Assembly: GCF_964204645.1 (NCBI RefSeq)
Contig: NC_134026.1
Coordinates: 2,627,950-2,691,949, forward strand
Reading direction: 5' to 3'
DNA: 64,000 nt
DNA from: Tubulanus polymorphus
Taxonomy: Eukaryota; Animalia; Nemertea
Shown: positions 1 through 33,844 of the stretch, in pieces
How positions within the stretch are numbered: the first letter of the stretch is position 1
Layout: every line of letters starts with the position of its first letter
The notes under the pieces: model-generated
The model's input: only the letters and a program-made list of their open reading frames with translations
Told to the model about the DNA's origin: nothing
Database searches by the model: none
Program-made: the position numbers and the translations under genes

Positions 1-882
1 GGTAATTATTCACTGAAAATCATAACTATATCTTAATTACTAGCCTGCAGGTCTGCGTGGCTTGTGAACCATATATCAGGTTTTTTAAAATGTCAGACAT
101 ATTCTAGTTAGGATCTCTCTTGAGTGAGGATTATCACATGCCCTATGCATGAATTGATATTTGTTTTGACTTGCGCATATATTTGCGAATAGTTTCTCAA
201 TAAATAGGACACTTCACCAGTATCTTTGGTGGCTGATAAATGATTTCTTAACCGAACAGGGCAGAAGATTAGAAGGTTATCGTGTAATTACTATTTGCAT
301 TATTATATGTAAAGGATTTTATGGTAGATTTAATTAGATACCGCGCTCTTCTTGGTTTTATTTGCTCTGATCTAAGAGCTATAGTAATAAATATTTGTCT
401 GATAAGATATCTTTATATAAATCAGAATGTGCTCTTTGTAAATGCCATATGTCACATTCACGGGAGATTAACAGAGGTCCATGTGAAATTTGTGACCAGT
501 TCAATAGTTAATTAGGTGCACCGTTTTTGCATTTCCAATAAATGACCACTCGACCTATTTCTAATCGGGGAGAGTTTTCACCGAGTATTTCAAATTTCTA
601 CCTAGAAACACGAATTACAAGCGCGGAATGAGAGAAACCTAATGAAGCAATGCTTTTAGCAATTACCAGTGAAATTTCTAATTGACTCTTTAAATAATGT
701 AAGTATCAAATTTCCGTTTTTCCATTACCCGGCAGTAAGTGAAATTGAGAACAGAAAATGTTTTGGGGGGTTTAAAAATTCTAAAAGGAAATTGATCGGT
801 GGTAATTCTTGCTGACTCTAGTGGTGTTAGGGGCATTTTAGTTGTGAAACCGGCAAAATTTGCGCAAATATAGAAGATAGAT

Positions 883-1312
883 CACGATTGGTAGAACACT
901 ATATCCGTGTTGACGCGATGAGGAGAGAATCCCACAATGATAATAAAAAGTCCGAAAATGAAACTTCGAGATAGTAGTTTATTTCAACGTTTATTTCCTT
1001 TTTACTACTGACTTTAAGTTTCATTTATATTTATACTCACTATTGTTGTTTATAATCACCCCTTAGTTTGCTTCCCTTTAATCTATTTTAGCGTGTAACT
1101 GTTTCTACGTTAATTTTCCTTTAGTTTGTATCATCTCTGATTACTTGAATTAGTCTCTTTGTCTCTGGATTGTATATATATCTCATAATTTCTGTAGTAT
1201 CTCATTATGCCTGAAGATGACTATTAGGATATAGTCGAAACGTTGAAATAAACTACTATCTCGAAGTTTCATTTTCGGACTTTTTATTATCATTGTGGGA
1301 TTCTCTCCTCAT
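883..1312 (+). mobile_element. Penelope-like retroelement relic with inverted terminal segment
   Basis: Perfect 75-bp inverted repeat 918-992 / 1238-1312; T-rich interior; CTGAAGA-stem-GAAACGTT motif followed by AATAAA; 13-bp direct repeat ATAGAAGATAGAT at 870-882 and 1311-1323 (candidate TSD). Family assignment is inference. Confidence 0.6.
1205..1252 (+). ncRNA. Minimal type I hammerhead ribozyme-like motif (Penelope-type)
   Basis: CUGAAGA-U-GACUAU[uaggau]AUAGUC-GAAA-CG-UU with palindromic AACGUU; helix I weak. Confidence 0.4.
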
Positions 1313-4300
1313 AGAAGATAGATGATGGTTGCTTGTTTGTGACCCAATTAGCATACACAGAGTCTGTTGTTTGGCTGCATAATCTTAATTGTGTTTGAAT
1401 AACTGTTTGTAGTTTAGATTAGTTTGTTTTGCGTGACTAACCCATGGAAAAATTCAATTAACACAAAGCCTAAAAGAAGGTCGGCCTACACCACGGGGCA
1501 TTGTCGGCGTTGTCGCGTTTGACACTGATGTTATAGGATGCCAATAATCTTCAAAACACCTTAAGCCGTCCTCTGGGGTTCAACTATATTTTTGTCCTTC
1601 GGTGTGTGAGGTTGGAAGCATCTCGTCGAGTTCGTACCGAAGGTAAGAAGTTGATCGTAAAGTGTACGAGGATATGTATTAAGAGTATTCTCTGGTACTC
1701 GAGGATGTATATGAGTATTCTCTGGTACCGTTCCATTTTGATGTAGTTTATAAAGTAATAGTTTATTTACCGTTTTGAATTTCAACAATTATACGGCAGT
1801 AATACAACCGCAAAAATCTACGCAATTCTTAATTTAACGATTCTTTAAACGCTGAATTTAATTTTTCTTTGATGTCTTTGATCGTGGGTGTTTAATCTAT
1901 AGATAAGAGGAGATAGCGAAGATGCTGTGATCAATGATGGAATATTCATACAAACTGAATACCGGTACTGTACATATATATACACATGGTCATTTCTCAT
2001 GCTTATTACATGCAGCAATTAAATGCCTTACACCTCATTGACAGTCACTTTGTGAATATCTTAAGATGAATCATTCCTTGATCTTGTTCCATTCAATGCC
2101 GTAATATCAGGAATATTGTCTCTCGATCAGTCGATTGGTTTTTGCTGTGATTGCGGTGTGGCTGCTGCCGTAGGCCTTTCATTACAAACCTACAGAATCA
2201 TCAGTGAAAAATACCTAAATTTGTATGTTTTATAGGTATTTTTTTTAACTTCATTTAAAACCAGTTATTGACCGTGAAAACGTTCGATTTCATTTAGATT
2301 TTAAAATTACTAGTATAAAAGTATTGATAGAAATATTTCTTGAAGTTCGTCACTTTTGACATTAAGGGCAGCAGTTCTTGACTCAACGCAGAGAAAACAG
2401 AAATGCTTTCTGAAAGCATCAAACCCTATTATTTTCTTAATGGCCTTTTATTGGGTGTGGCAAGCGAACATCTAGCCTGTTGCATGCTAAAAGATGAATA
2501 ACTAGAAAATATAACATCTAATATTTGTGTAAAGTGTCTGTTAGTCAGAATTATCCTCAGGGAAAGAAATTTCTTACCTTATGCGTTTATTTGAGTCGAC
2601 CCATTATGAAATGGTGAAATGGAATACATCGTTTACAATTTAGAAAAAAATGAATTAAACATGGACTGAAGAATTTCAAGTATTTATTTGTATATTTTAG
2701 AATGTATTTAGTATCACGAAGTGGGTTCAATTCTACTATTAGCTAACCACTATTAATAATCAGGGGCGATGTATCGAAAAAGAGTTAAAAGTGGTTTTTA
2801 GTTTCTCTGATGTGTCGAACACTGATGATATTTATATAATCAAATAGCTGATAATTTTGTGACTAAATCGTTTAAATCCCCATGACATTCAGACACTTCA
2901 CTCGATGAGTTGATATCAATAGAATATCTGACTGCAGACTCGTCTCGTTTTCAGAGAAACATTGATTTCATATATATGAAACATCTCTTCACAAACACGC
3001 TGCCATATTGAAATTTTATGCAAGTCTGGTTTTTACAATTTTTTTGGGGTAAAATATCGTACAAGTCAATCAATATTCTTTTAATGCCATTTTATTTTTG
3101 TCAACTAAACAAATTGGTGCATTTCTTCTCTACTTTGGCCATTTTGGACATTGAAATGCCTTTTTTTCAAAATTAGCCCCTCTGATTAAGGTAGTGAGCC
3201 TAATATTGCCTTTTTGGACATAATGGTGCCATTTTGGTTAGTTAGTTCTCCAAAATGAGCCCCTCCATCCATCCCTGTATAGTGCATGTAAAGCAAGTTG
3301 TATGATCTTCTTCAAGAAGTATATACACCCATGAGGCCAGGGACGGATGCGATTCAGGGAGGGGTGCGCCCCAATGGCATATCATAATTAGTACATCAAG
3401 CATCAGTTGATATTTGATAGCTTTTATAAAAGCACATTACGAAGATCACCTACCTATTTATCTCAAAATTGAATTGAATTGAATTGTACGTGTGTATACT
3501 GGTTGAGATCATACATTGACCACACGTTTCGTGATTCATATGTGGTTTTATTATCCATATAATTCATTCCGTGTTAACCCCATCCCCCTTCCCCCTCGCC
3601 ACCGCCCACCCCCCCCCCCCGCATCAGAAATTCTATACATCCTTACACTGACTTTTGCTCATTGTCTTCAATTATCAAACAGTGGCCGATATTTCACATA
3701 AATATTACTGTCTTAACAAGCGAAATTCTATTCAATTATTCAATTCATTTCGCGCATGTCAAAGATTAAATAATAAATGTGGCGTTGACTCGAGCTAAAC
3801 GCTAGCGAACTGACGCTTCTAATTGCCTGCCTCGGGTTCCTCCGCTCAAACTTTGATTATTTCGGCGAAAAAGAAGATTAGGTAATTAATCAATTAGGAT
3901 AATTAGCGCTCGGCGCTTTCGATTCATATATCATATTATCTAGTAATGAAATCTGGGTTGTTTGATGAAGATGAGATCGCGATAAGACAAGAGTCGGGTG
4001 GCACTTAGAGCTTATAAGATTTTAAGTGATATCGAGTCCGAACGGAAATAATTGAACGAAGTTTCTTCGGCGAATGTAAAGTGATTTGTTATCGATATCG
4101 AACAACCAGACGATGACGCTTTTAAAAATCTATCCACCCACTGGCTTTGGGTGTAAAACTCAGACTTTATCGTCTGAGGTGATTTGCCGTAAAATTCTGC
4201 GCGTTAGTCGTAAATTGCTGTCAATGTATGAAAGCACGCCGTGTCGTACGATATAGTAGCGATGACACTTTTCGCGGGCTAATTTCAGCTGAGGGCGCGC

Positions 4301-6153
4301 GTGCTTCGAGAAGCACTTGCTACTGAAGCCATGACAAAAGAATAAAGGGCTCATTATTGGCCGTGTTAGCAAGGATAAGCTACGCAAAGATGACAACCAG
4401 TAGCTCGTTAGAACGCCGTTAGCTTCACTTTTAGATGTTTCTGTATGGGCTAATAACGTCTGATAGCCGGGTTTCATCCTCTGTTCGAATTTCATCAACA
4501 TCTTTCGCGGATACGTTAAAAACTTCCATTGATCCATCCGCGTAAATGCGAGAAAAAATCATTTCTTCTTTCGTCGGATCAATACATAAACATCATTTCC
4601 ATCGAAAGAAAGATTTTTGGTCATGGAACATGTTTAAAAATTCGCCGTTCTGCATATGCTGGGATTTTATAGGGTGCTGCATTAAGTGTATGACATCGTG
4701 GCTGTTGAAGTAGCAAGGCTTTCGATACCCCAAAAAAATCAATTTTGGTGGAAACCGATGATAGATTCATCGATGTGTAATTAGCGAGTTGAATGTTTAC
4801 TCAGCGAAAGATTTCCTCTATTTCATTCGTTGTACTGATTAGTTGGTGTTCAATGGTTATTAAGTCGAAGCTCGGCGCGCGCGAAAACAGTTCTCATCCG
4901 AAACGCAGAAAAATCCGTCAACTTAAAGACGTATTGATTTTTGTCGATATCGAATGCGTTGTGCAGATCTACAGAGACTAATGATTAATTATTGAACACT
5001 GATAATGAATCACACCACGCTTCCTAATCGTATTTCACTCACACATGTCGATTATTTCCAATCTGTAATCTGACATTTTGATTTAACTTTGATATTCGGC
5101 CATTTGTGTGGACGTCATTTCCTAAAGATGAGTAGTTCAGGTCTCTTCGACTTCTTGTAGCTGTGATCATATAATCGCTGACTAGTCCATTCATGGAGCT
5201 ATTGACTAGTTTATACATCCATGGTCCATTCTAATTTGACCCAGTCCTTTGAACCATCGACTCTGAAACATTATTAGAGTCCATGCTTGATCGGACCAAT
5301 TAAGAAAGGACCAAATCTAAATTCTGTGCGTTCACACATGTTTTGAAGTCAGCTGGTCCAGCTAGACTCAACACTGTGATGTGACAGCAAAGTTTCTATT
5401 CACACAGAAATGTGGTCCATTCTGAAATTCAGAACGGACCTGGATCAGTCTCTTTGGTCTGTCTTAATTAGTCTGTTCATAAATGGAATTGACAAATTCA
5501 GAACCAACTTTTCACTAGTGTAAAGCTTGGTCGTTCTAAATTGGAACTGAAAATAGAACGCTATTAATAGCATAGTGTGAACAACATTATTGTTCATTTT
5601 TTAATTCTACAACAAAAATGCGGACTATCTTAAAAAATGTACGCATTATCAAGATGTGAAAATCGACTCATTTGCTGCAATCTGATGTTGCGGAGAATAT
5701 CATTCAGATATTAACTATAGATTACTGACGACTGGTGTTTAGTGAAACCACAAACGCGATGTAAACTATATGCTTGATTTTTATTGATATTTCCACCATC
5801 ACATATTACAAGAACGTAGACTAAAAAAGCCCTCGATTTCGATTTCGTTGCGCAATCTAAAAAAAAATTTAGCTATTTCTGTAGCTATTCATATAAATAT
5901 TTCTTATTCGAATCGAACGTGGCAAGTCATTAAAAAGGGGTCGACATTGATCGATGTGTTACGAGGCTGTTATTGAAAAACCTTTGCTTTGAGCTGAAGC
6001 GATTTATCATGTGAAATATGATTATTAATTTATATACATTCTTTTCTCATTACAGAATCTATTAAGATCGCTATTTGATATGCAGCTATGGCAGGGCTAA
6101 AGATCCGTGTTGGCCGATAACATACCTCACACCCGCAACACTACATACACATC

Positions 6154-26365
<20,212 letters not shown>

Positions 26366-26844
26366 CATTTATGAGCGTTTTTTTTAAAGAAATTTTTTTC
26401 GAAGAAACCTTCCGTGTGTTCTTTAATTTGTCATCAAATTAAAAACATGACCATTTATCATCAGTTTTGTTAATACTCATTGTATTGCTACTGTGTAGCA
26501 TATATACTGTTCTGCATTTACTGATTGGCTGGTTCCATGACGTTTATCTGCAACAATGAAAAAAAGAGTTCGTATAACTTCAGTGTAAATACGCTTGTGA
26601 ATTAATTAATTGTTCAATAATTGCAACATTTAAACATTTTTATCGAGTCAATACAAAATTCCTTTTTTTCAATGATTTTAGAGTTAATGGAGTAGCGGAT
26701 TAAAAAACGCTGTTAATTTTTTCTTTTAATTCCTGTTTCGTTGAGGTTATGAATTACATTTGCTTCTGGGATTTATCTGAATGATTTTTAGCTAAATCTG
26801 AGTGTAGCTACTGGTTAGCTCACACATTTGAAATGTATTGTTCA

Positions 26845-26930
26845 TACAGTAAACTCAACTGTTACCGGAACCAGGGAAGTGTTACACTTCCCTGCCGGTA
26901 CTAAACGAAATGAAGGTGGAGTCTACTGTA
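26845..26930. mobile_element. Tc1/mariner-type mini-MITE in POMGNT1 3' UTR
   Basis: TA-CAGTAAACTC ... GAGTCTACTG-TA termini with TA duplication; internal perfect hairpin cagggaagtgt-t-acacttccctg. Confidence 0.65.
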
Positions 26931-28176
26931 TAGACATTGATTAGTTGAAAATTTATTTGTGAATATTAAGCATCAAATAAAAAAAATGTATGTAAAAATG
27001 AAATCGCGTGTAGATAGATACAAATAATGAAATGAAATTGTATGAATGAAGAGGTTTATTATCAAACTCTTTATGATTAAATGATGTGCCAAATGCATTT
27101 GTACAGGCTGTTGACATTCCACTCAAGTTGAACAGTGTGATGAACTTATTATCTTATCATATATAACGCATACCCTAATTAATTATCATCAACAGACCGT
27201 AGAATTGATTTGAAATATCATACGCAGTTTACAGTGAACCAAACCGAATGTGATTAGTTATTCAAATCCTTGCATCTAGTTAGATTTCATCTAGTATTGA
27301 TCAGAACCGTTTTAATGAAAAACATCCACACACACACACTGCTTTGATCTATGTGTATTTGTATTGTTACAGTCATCTTGTACAGAGATATAGGTAAAAT
27401 AATTGTTTCTAATAAATTGAAATTCAATTAGATACGTTTTTCGTTTTTAATTTTGCGCAGTCAACTCCACCTTAACAGTAGCATTATAGAGTAAGGATCG
27501 GGGAAAAAGTCTGTCCAGAATTCACCCTTGCCAGTTCTTGCTAGTTCTCGAGTTTACCACCAATTGAGGATCGACTAGACAAATGAAACTCGCCATGCAA
27601 GCAGAGGCCAGCACGATTTGTTGTTTTACAGGAAACATGACTTCATCAGGACGTTTTTAAGTACATTATCTGTCCAACAATTCTGTAGCCATACTTGCAG
27701 CTGGAACGAACACTGAGTCTTGTCAAGAGGTCCTCCAAGAGTTTCAAATGGATAATGAACACCACAAATGAAAGAATCAGAGGCTTTTAATGATAGATAG
27801 TATTATCTATTTATTTAATTTATAATAGAAACCTTAAGTATTGCATAAACCGGTAGTATAAATATGTACAATACCTGATAAATAGACTCGAGATCTAGCA
27901 TACTGAACACTGATAATTCTCAGATAAAAGAATTACTACGTAAAACATTTAACAGATTAAAATAAATAATTACATCATCATAAATACCATAGTTAATGGT
28001 ACTAACATAGTACAATACAGACAATATTTAGTAGAATAATACAATCTTGTTACTCAAACCGTAGATACATAAATGGCACTTTAAAAGCATATACAATAAT
28101 TTTATACATATTTAAATTGGAAATTTATTAATTTCATACTATTATGACATGGAATTGTTTTTAGTTTAAAGCGACA

Positions 28177-31100
28177 TTAGAATCGTATGTTTTTTAATCG
28201 ATTGAACAATACAGATTTAGCTTTTGGTTTCTGCGGCAGAACTTCGCATTCACTTTCTACCGTAGGAAACCGCTGTTTGTAGATGTCCGGATATTGTTTC
28301 TGAAACTGAAAGAGCAAATAGTCAACATCAAAACCTGTCTGGTTTTTCATCAGTCTTCGACGCATCAAAAGATCGTTAGCTAGAAAGCGCTGCATGAAAA
28401 TCTGTCTAGAGCAACTAAATCTAAGATCAATCAAATCATTCACAACAGACAACCAGGCTCATAAATGAGACAACCGGCGGGTTGCCATTTAAAGTTCCAT
28501 TCTACGCGGTAATTCAATCCACAGGAAAATTAAGACAGGAAACTTGATCAATACAGCAGAATTATTAATCACCTGTTTCAGTTTCTTCTTCTTTTCTTTC
28601 TGAGATAAAGTTTGACACTCAACGATGTTATCGAGTAGGCCTGCCAGTGCTACTTGTGAATGATCAAGTTTTTGTTGTTCGTAATCTTTGATGGAAACCT
28701 GTTCGCAATAACTAACCATCAGTGGTTCTTCCATTGTATATTTAACCTATCATAAAAAACAGCATATATCATAAGCATTTCACGCCTAACATTGCATTTT
28801 GATTATGAAGAAGTAGAGTAGGCTTTACCTTAGTTCGTTTCATATGAGCCAGTTTATTGTGTATATCACTAACTAACTGTTCAGGTATGCACATGATGTA
28901 TTCATAATTGTCAACGAGAGTTGAAGTTAAACGAAGTGCTACGCTATCATCAACATCCTCTGCCGAGCACAATACAATACTTTTGTAAAATGTCCTTAAA
29001 ACCTAGAATAATAACACCACAAATAGTAAGAATAGAAATTGTTTTTTTTTTTTACATGGAGGATTACAGATGTCCCTGGAGGTAGACTGCAGATTATATC
29101 TAAATTTTCTAATCTTTACAACTTAATCCCTAGGAACCGAGGTAGATGTAAATACATTTTGTTATAGAAATCTGCTTTGGGAAAGACTCCAGGCTGCCTT
29201 ATGAACAAAGTACGCCGACGGATCAACCACTGATATAAACTTACCAAAGTTCTAATCGGAATTTTATCATCGAGTCGTAGTTTATCATTGTTCACCATTT
29301 TATTCATCAGTCGTAACAATAAATGAAGTTTACGTTTTTTCGCCGGTGGTAAACACATACAACACACTTGTAACACATCGTTAATCAGTTCTTTACGACT
29401 TTCAGCAAAAATCCCTGTAAACAGTAACGTACAATCAGTAACGCTGTAAAACACTTAGAGAATATATGATTTTCTGCTAACGGTGTGAGTGATAAAAGCT
29501 AGAACATTTTTGATAGTTGTGTCTGTTTTACCTGAGGCATCAATCTTCTGACTATTTGGTGTATTCAACACCCAATCCGGCTGAGGCGATACAGACGCTT
29601 CAGGTATATCTGGTTCCACAGCCGTGCGGTAAACAGACGGCGGTTCTGTTACATCATCCTGCGATGTAAGATAGCTAGAGTTTGAAACATCTGATCGAGG
29701 TTGACCCCGCTGATGCGTAGAGTTGTACGGAGGAGGGTTTTGATAAACGGGAGGCTGCTGCGATTTATATCTCGCGTACGCCGACTTCAATCTCCACAAC
29801 TCCCAGTGATTCTCCTCGGTTATACGACCCAACGCGGCGGCGTCATCTTCATCGCGTCGATTCAGATCGTACTGAGAACTGGTTTTAACCGGTCCCGGGT
29901 CGTAGCGCGGACGACGGGACAGTTTCACCGAGCTGAACACCTCGGACGACGTGCTGCGAACGCTGTCGCGCGACGCGCGCCGACGATGCAGGTTTCCGTC
30001 CAAGAAATTACCGGCGTCGTTGATATTGTTCGACGAAAAGAATTTATGCGAACTACGCAAACTACTATTACTACTACTGCTTACGTGGTTATATCCGAAA
30101 TTATCGTAGCCACCGTCGCGATAATTCTGCATACTTAACGAAGAAGTATTGAGTTTAACCGTGCGTCCCGTATCTCGAGCTAACGTATATCTACAGCGAC
30201 TTATCAGTTCACTAAACGACGAAGCTCCTGTAACAGACGTATTACAACTACCGATAAAATCATGCGGCGGTTTATCCGAATTAGCGCTAAAACTATCATC
30301 GTGCTTCCGAATTTGAGATAAGTCTAAATTTGACATAGCGAAGCGGCCGTGCATGCTCGTGCCGGGGGAGTGGTCCGATGCCATGCTCATCATGAGATTC
30401 TCGACTGACAGAAATGAATCTTTTCCGTTGCGATGGTAGTGATTAGCATGCGGAGTCGATCGACGCGGGTCGGGTCTTTCAGCCCTCGCTGAACACCAAA
30501 ATAGAACATGCAAAAAAATGAGAGAAAAGAAAATGAGAAGCAGTGCAAATTTAGAAATACATGCGTAATAACATACTACCTGTAAGACAAAAACTGTCAA
30601 GCTCAAAAGTAACAATCAAATTAACCTTTATAGAGATGATTTTCAAAGATGAACAAAGGGTTAAGGGTTTGTTTAAAGGATTTTTGGGGTTAGTTTTTTT
30701 TTGAGTCATGCAAACAGCACTTACCGAATGCGTTGAGAAACATGTCGCACAAATCGAACGTCAAAAGCGGTTCATCGAACGATTGAAAATGTTCTCGAAC
30801 CGCGTTGAATACATCTTTTTCAAAACCGCTGTAACGGGGCAAATTCTCTTCAACTCTCTCAGGCCCTGAAGTAATGTGGTAATTGATCGTATTGAATATG
30901 TTGAATGGCTTTTTTTTCTCAGAAATTTGTATAACTCGATTATATCAACTACTTACAGTAAGCCAAGCACCTCATTGCTGACAGAATCCAGTGCGGCAGT
31001 TGATCTAAAATCAAACGATAACAGAAAAAAAATCATTAGAATCCCTATGATGCTAAGTTTTTTTTCAAGAGATGAGAAGCTTTTCAAACTATTCAAGGAC

Positions 31101-33169
31101 TGACCTTCTTTAGGGATATTGTTCACAATTCCGTAGCGACTGACATACGTTGCATTGTGCATCATGTACTTAGCATTGATACAATTAACTTCTAAAATCT
31201 CTTTGATGTTTCTCAGACCGAGTAATGTTTGAAGTCTGAAAAGAAAGTAGAGCACCCTTGATATCGAAACTCGTGTGCGAAGCCTTAGTGAAACAGTTAC
31301 CAATAATCTTATTATGGTTTGAGGAGCTTGTTCTACTTTAATGAAACATCAGAAATGAAATCTGCTCGATGATGGAATATACGATTAAATGGACACCTTA
31401 AGTTTAGAACGCGATAATACCTGGTTAGTGTCATTTGCTTCCAAGTCGTTTGGGTTTCTTCTCTGGTAAGCGGTCTAGCGACGAGATGACATTTGGACAG
31501 GCCTTGTTGGGTTTCAGGATCACACTGCTGCTGTTTATATGTATCATCCATTTTCTTCTCATGCGTTTGGAAATTTGAACTGTTGTCAGTTTTTGGCGCT
31601 AGTGCCGGTCTCTGTTTGCTCGATTTGGCAGGCGTTGATGAACCAAACCTATATTGAATATTCACGTTAATTCCTACCAAGTTTTCTATAAATATTTGTA
31701 TTTTTCAAATCACATTAGAGTACAGTAGCCATTTTCATAATTGAATTACCTATAAAGGCGACCATTATCTTCGAATTGATCTTTATTGTGTTTATTTCCA
31801 CGTACGTCTCTGAAAACCTGGGCTTTTTGGAACTTCTGTAATAGTTGTATCGTTTGATACCTGTGAATATGAATCGAAATCACTGATAAATAAATACCAG
31901 TACAGTTACTTGATAATGCATATCTAGCCATAATACAAAGTTCAGTTTGTCTAGTGTACATGCTTTGTAGAGCAAAGTAGAATCAGAAGATTTTATTCAC
32001 ATTTTTAGTGATTCTTATTGGGTAACAGCTACTAGAATGGATATATTTTCAGAAAAAAATATGTAAAAATTATGATTAATTATTAACTTTAGTCCCATAA
32101 AGGATGGGATTATTGTGCTCAATTACTTTTGAGCCCAATTTGCGAAAGTCTAAATTAGCAGGAATAATTTAGACTGAGTCAATTAGTGAATAAACAAATG
32201 AAGGCTGTCTGATTACACGTATTTGTGTTTCTTATTGATTTGGCATTTGACATAATGATCAACAGGAGCCAAACAACAGTGTCATCTGAGCACAATGTAT
32301 AATCAAGATAAATCAGATTGGAAAAATCATTGCGAATAAAATGAAATATATGGGGAAAAAAACATACTCAAATGAATAAAAATAGAACATCTAAAAAGAT
32401 AATTTGATATGAAGACCTTCCCCTGTAGGCTGTCTATAGGCCTATAGAACTAATGGAGATTTCTTGTTAAATCTCTTCCAACAATTCATCAATGCCAAAA
32501 CTATAATTTATACATGTCTTTTAGTTTAGACGGTGATATAGCAGGTCAACTCGTACCCTATTGTTGACAACTTATCCCTGTATTTTGAAGCTATTTACCT
32601 CCCATATTTAAAAACCTTTTTCCCCTGCTTTTTTTCAATCAAGGCTATATGTTTCCTGTTTGACAACAGAGCAAAAAAAAACATGAATCTCCTTCATCTT
32701 ATTTAGCCTGCCTACTCCGACATTGAAGCAGCAGTCGTTAGACTTTTAAGCCATGTTTTCTGTAATTACCTTGTAACATCCGCACCAAAATTGGGATTAT
32801 TTTTCAAATAGGAATGAAGCCAATCTACAGCGTCCGATGCAACGAAACATGTTTCAAAGGTTTTCATGTTCCTTCTATGGCGTCCGACCGGCATCCCAGA
32901 TTTGAAGGCATAAACTACATCATTCCACTGGAGAAAAAAAGAGTTTCATGTTTAGATAAAATATTGAGATGAGAATTCATATTTACTACGAATGATGAAA
33001 AGACGTGCAAGTAGAATGTCAGTCACGTCCAATATTTCCAGGAGTAGGCCTATTAAGAGTATAATAATTATGAGAAGACAAGTTTTTCAAAAAAATTTGA
33101 AATTCAAAATTATCTTACCATTTTTGTAGCCCTGTAAGGACCATTAACTTCTGAATTTGTATCCATCAT
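28177..33169 (-). CDS. DEPDC1: DEP domain-containing protein 1 (DEP + degenerate RhoGAP domain; DEPDC1A/B, LET-99 family)
   Basis: Minus-strand exons 33119-33169, 32770-32927, 31750-31860, 31421-31648, 31105-31235, 30957-31004, 30725-30865, 29532-30488, 29245-29414, 28829-29002, 28573-28746, 28177-28305. Signature GPYRATKMWNDVV..CFVASDAVDWL..NFGADVTRYQTIQLLQKF, DQLPHWILSAMRCLAYWP, YSGFEKDVF, LQVCCMCLPPAKKRKLHLLLRLM, KKLKQFQKQYPDIYKQRFP. Confidence 0.92.
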
Positions 33170-33844
33170 ATATATGCAATTTTCACTCAACTAATCCATG
33201 ACAATGTAGATTGAAAATGCGTTTTTAAGTGCACAAAAACATAAAAAAACGAAAAACACGATGCCGCTATCAGCGTATTTTGTTTTCAAATGAACCGCAC
33301 TTCCTTGTATAGGCGGCGCCACCACCCGGTACCGACAGTATGCGTTTAATTGCCTACGTAATTACAATAACGACCATAGGATAATTAACTGATGCTCAAT
33401 TTGGAAAATTCCTCTCATATTCATATTGAAACTAACAAAAAATGAAGAAAAAAAAAACGAGGGTTATTCACTGGTCACTTGCCATAGCAAGCAAATAATT
33501 CTAATTCAATTTTATTTAATTATATGTTGAGTCGTTCAGTCATCAGAAAGACAAGTGAACGAAATAAATCGTAGAAATAAGAGTATTTCCTACGAAAGCA
33601 AGGGATTTTTTCCCAATATTTAACTTAAAGTCACCAATCAATCGACATTTTTCGCGCCGCCACCGACAGCGACCCCACGTGTTTCCATCATCGTACAGAA
33701 AATGGCGGTCTAGCGGCGTTCATTTAGTGCGGTAGTCGAAAATTCGATGACGATTGAGAACTGAATTACCGTGTGTCAGTCAGTAAAATTGGGGAAAACA
33801 AATCGCTTCCAACCCGTTGTTTGTAATTGAATCGCTGTTTAGTC
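33170..33844. promoter_or_regulatory. Bidirectional promoter region between DEPDC1 and the Tudor gene
   Basis: Head-to-head ATGs 675 bp apart; CDE/CHR GCGG-N4-TTTGAA (minus, 33285-33298), ETS-like GGAAGTG next to it, E2F-like TTTTCGCGCC (33649-33658), E-box CACGTG (33676-33681), YY1-like AAAATGGCGG (33699-33708). Confidence 0.6.

Noticed and set aside
2818-2865. Third hammerhead-like remnant (cactgatga...aaatagctgataat...gtg)
   Set aside because: GAAA core is broken and stems are AT-only; cannot be supported.
321-5000. Short ORFs in the first 5 kb
   Set aside because: No recognisable domains or consistent splice chain; most likely intronic or intergenic noise.
29701-30138. 145-aa plus-strand ORF and many short antisense ORFs inside the Tudor exon
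   Set aside because: Shadow ORFs of real coding exons on the opposite strand or frame.
30555-30590. VVCYY after a CAG acceptor resembling the start of the human DEPDC1A alternative exon
   Set aside because: Wrong phase relative to the upstream phase-1 donor; likely coincidence.
32222-32297. Possible C/D box snoRNA in DEPDC1 intron
   Set aside because: Box C is imperfect and misplaced relative to the terminal stem.
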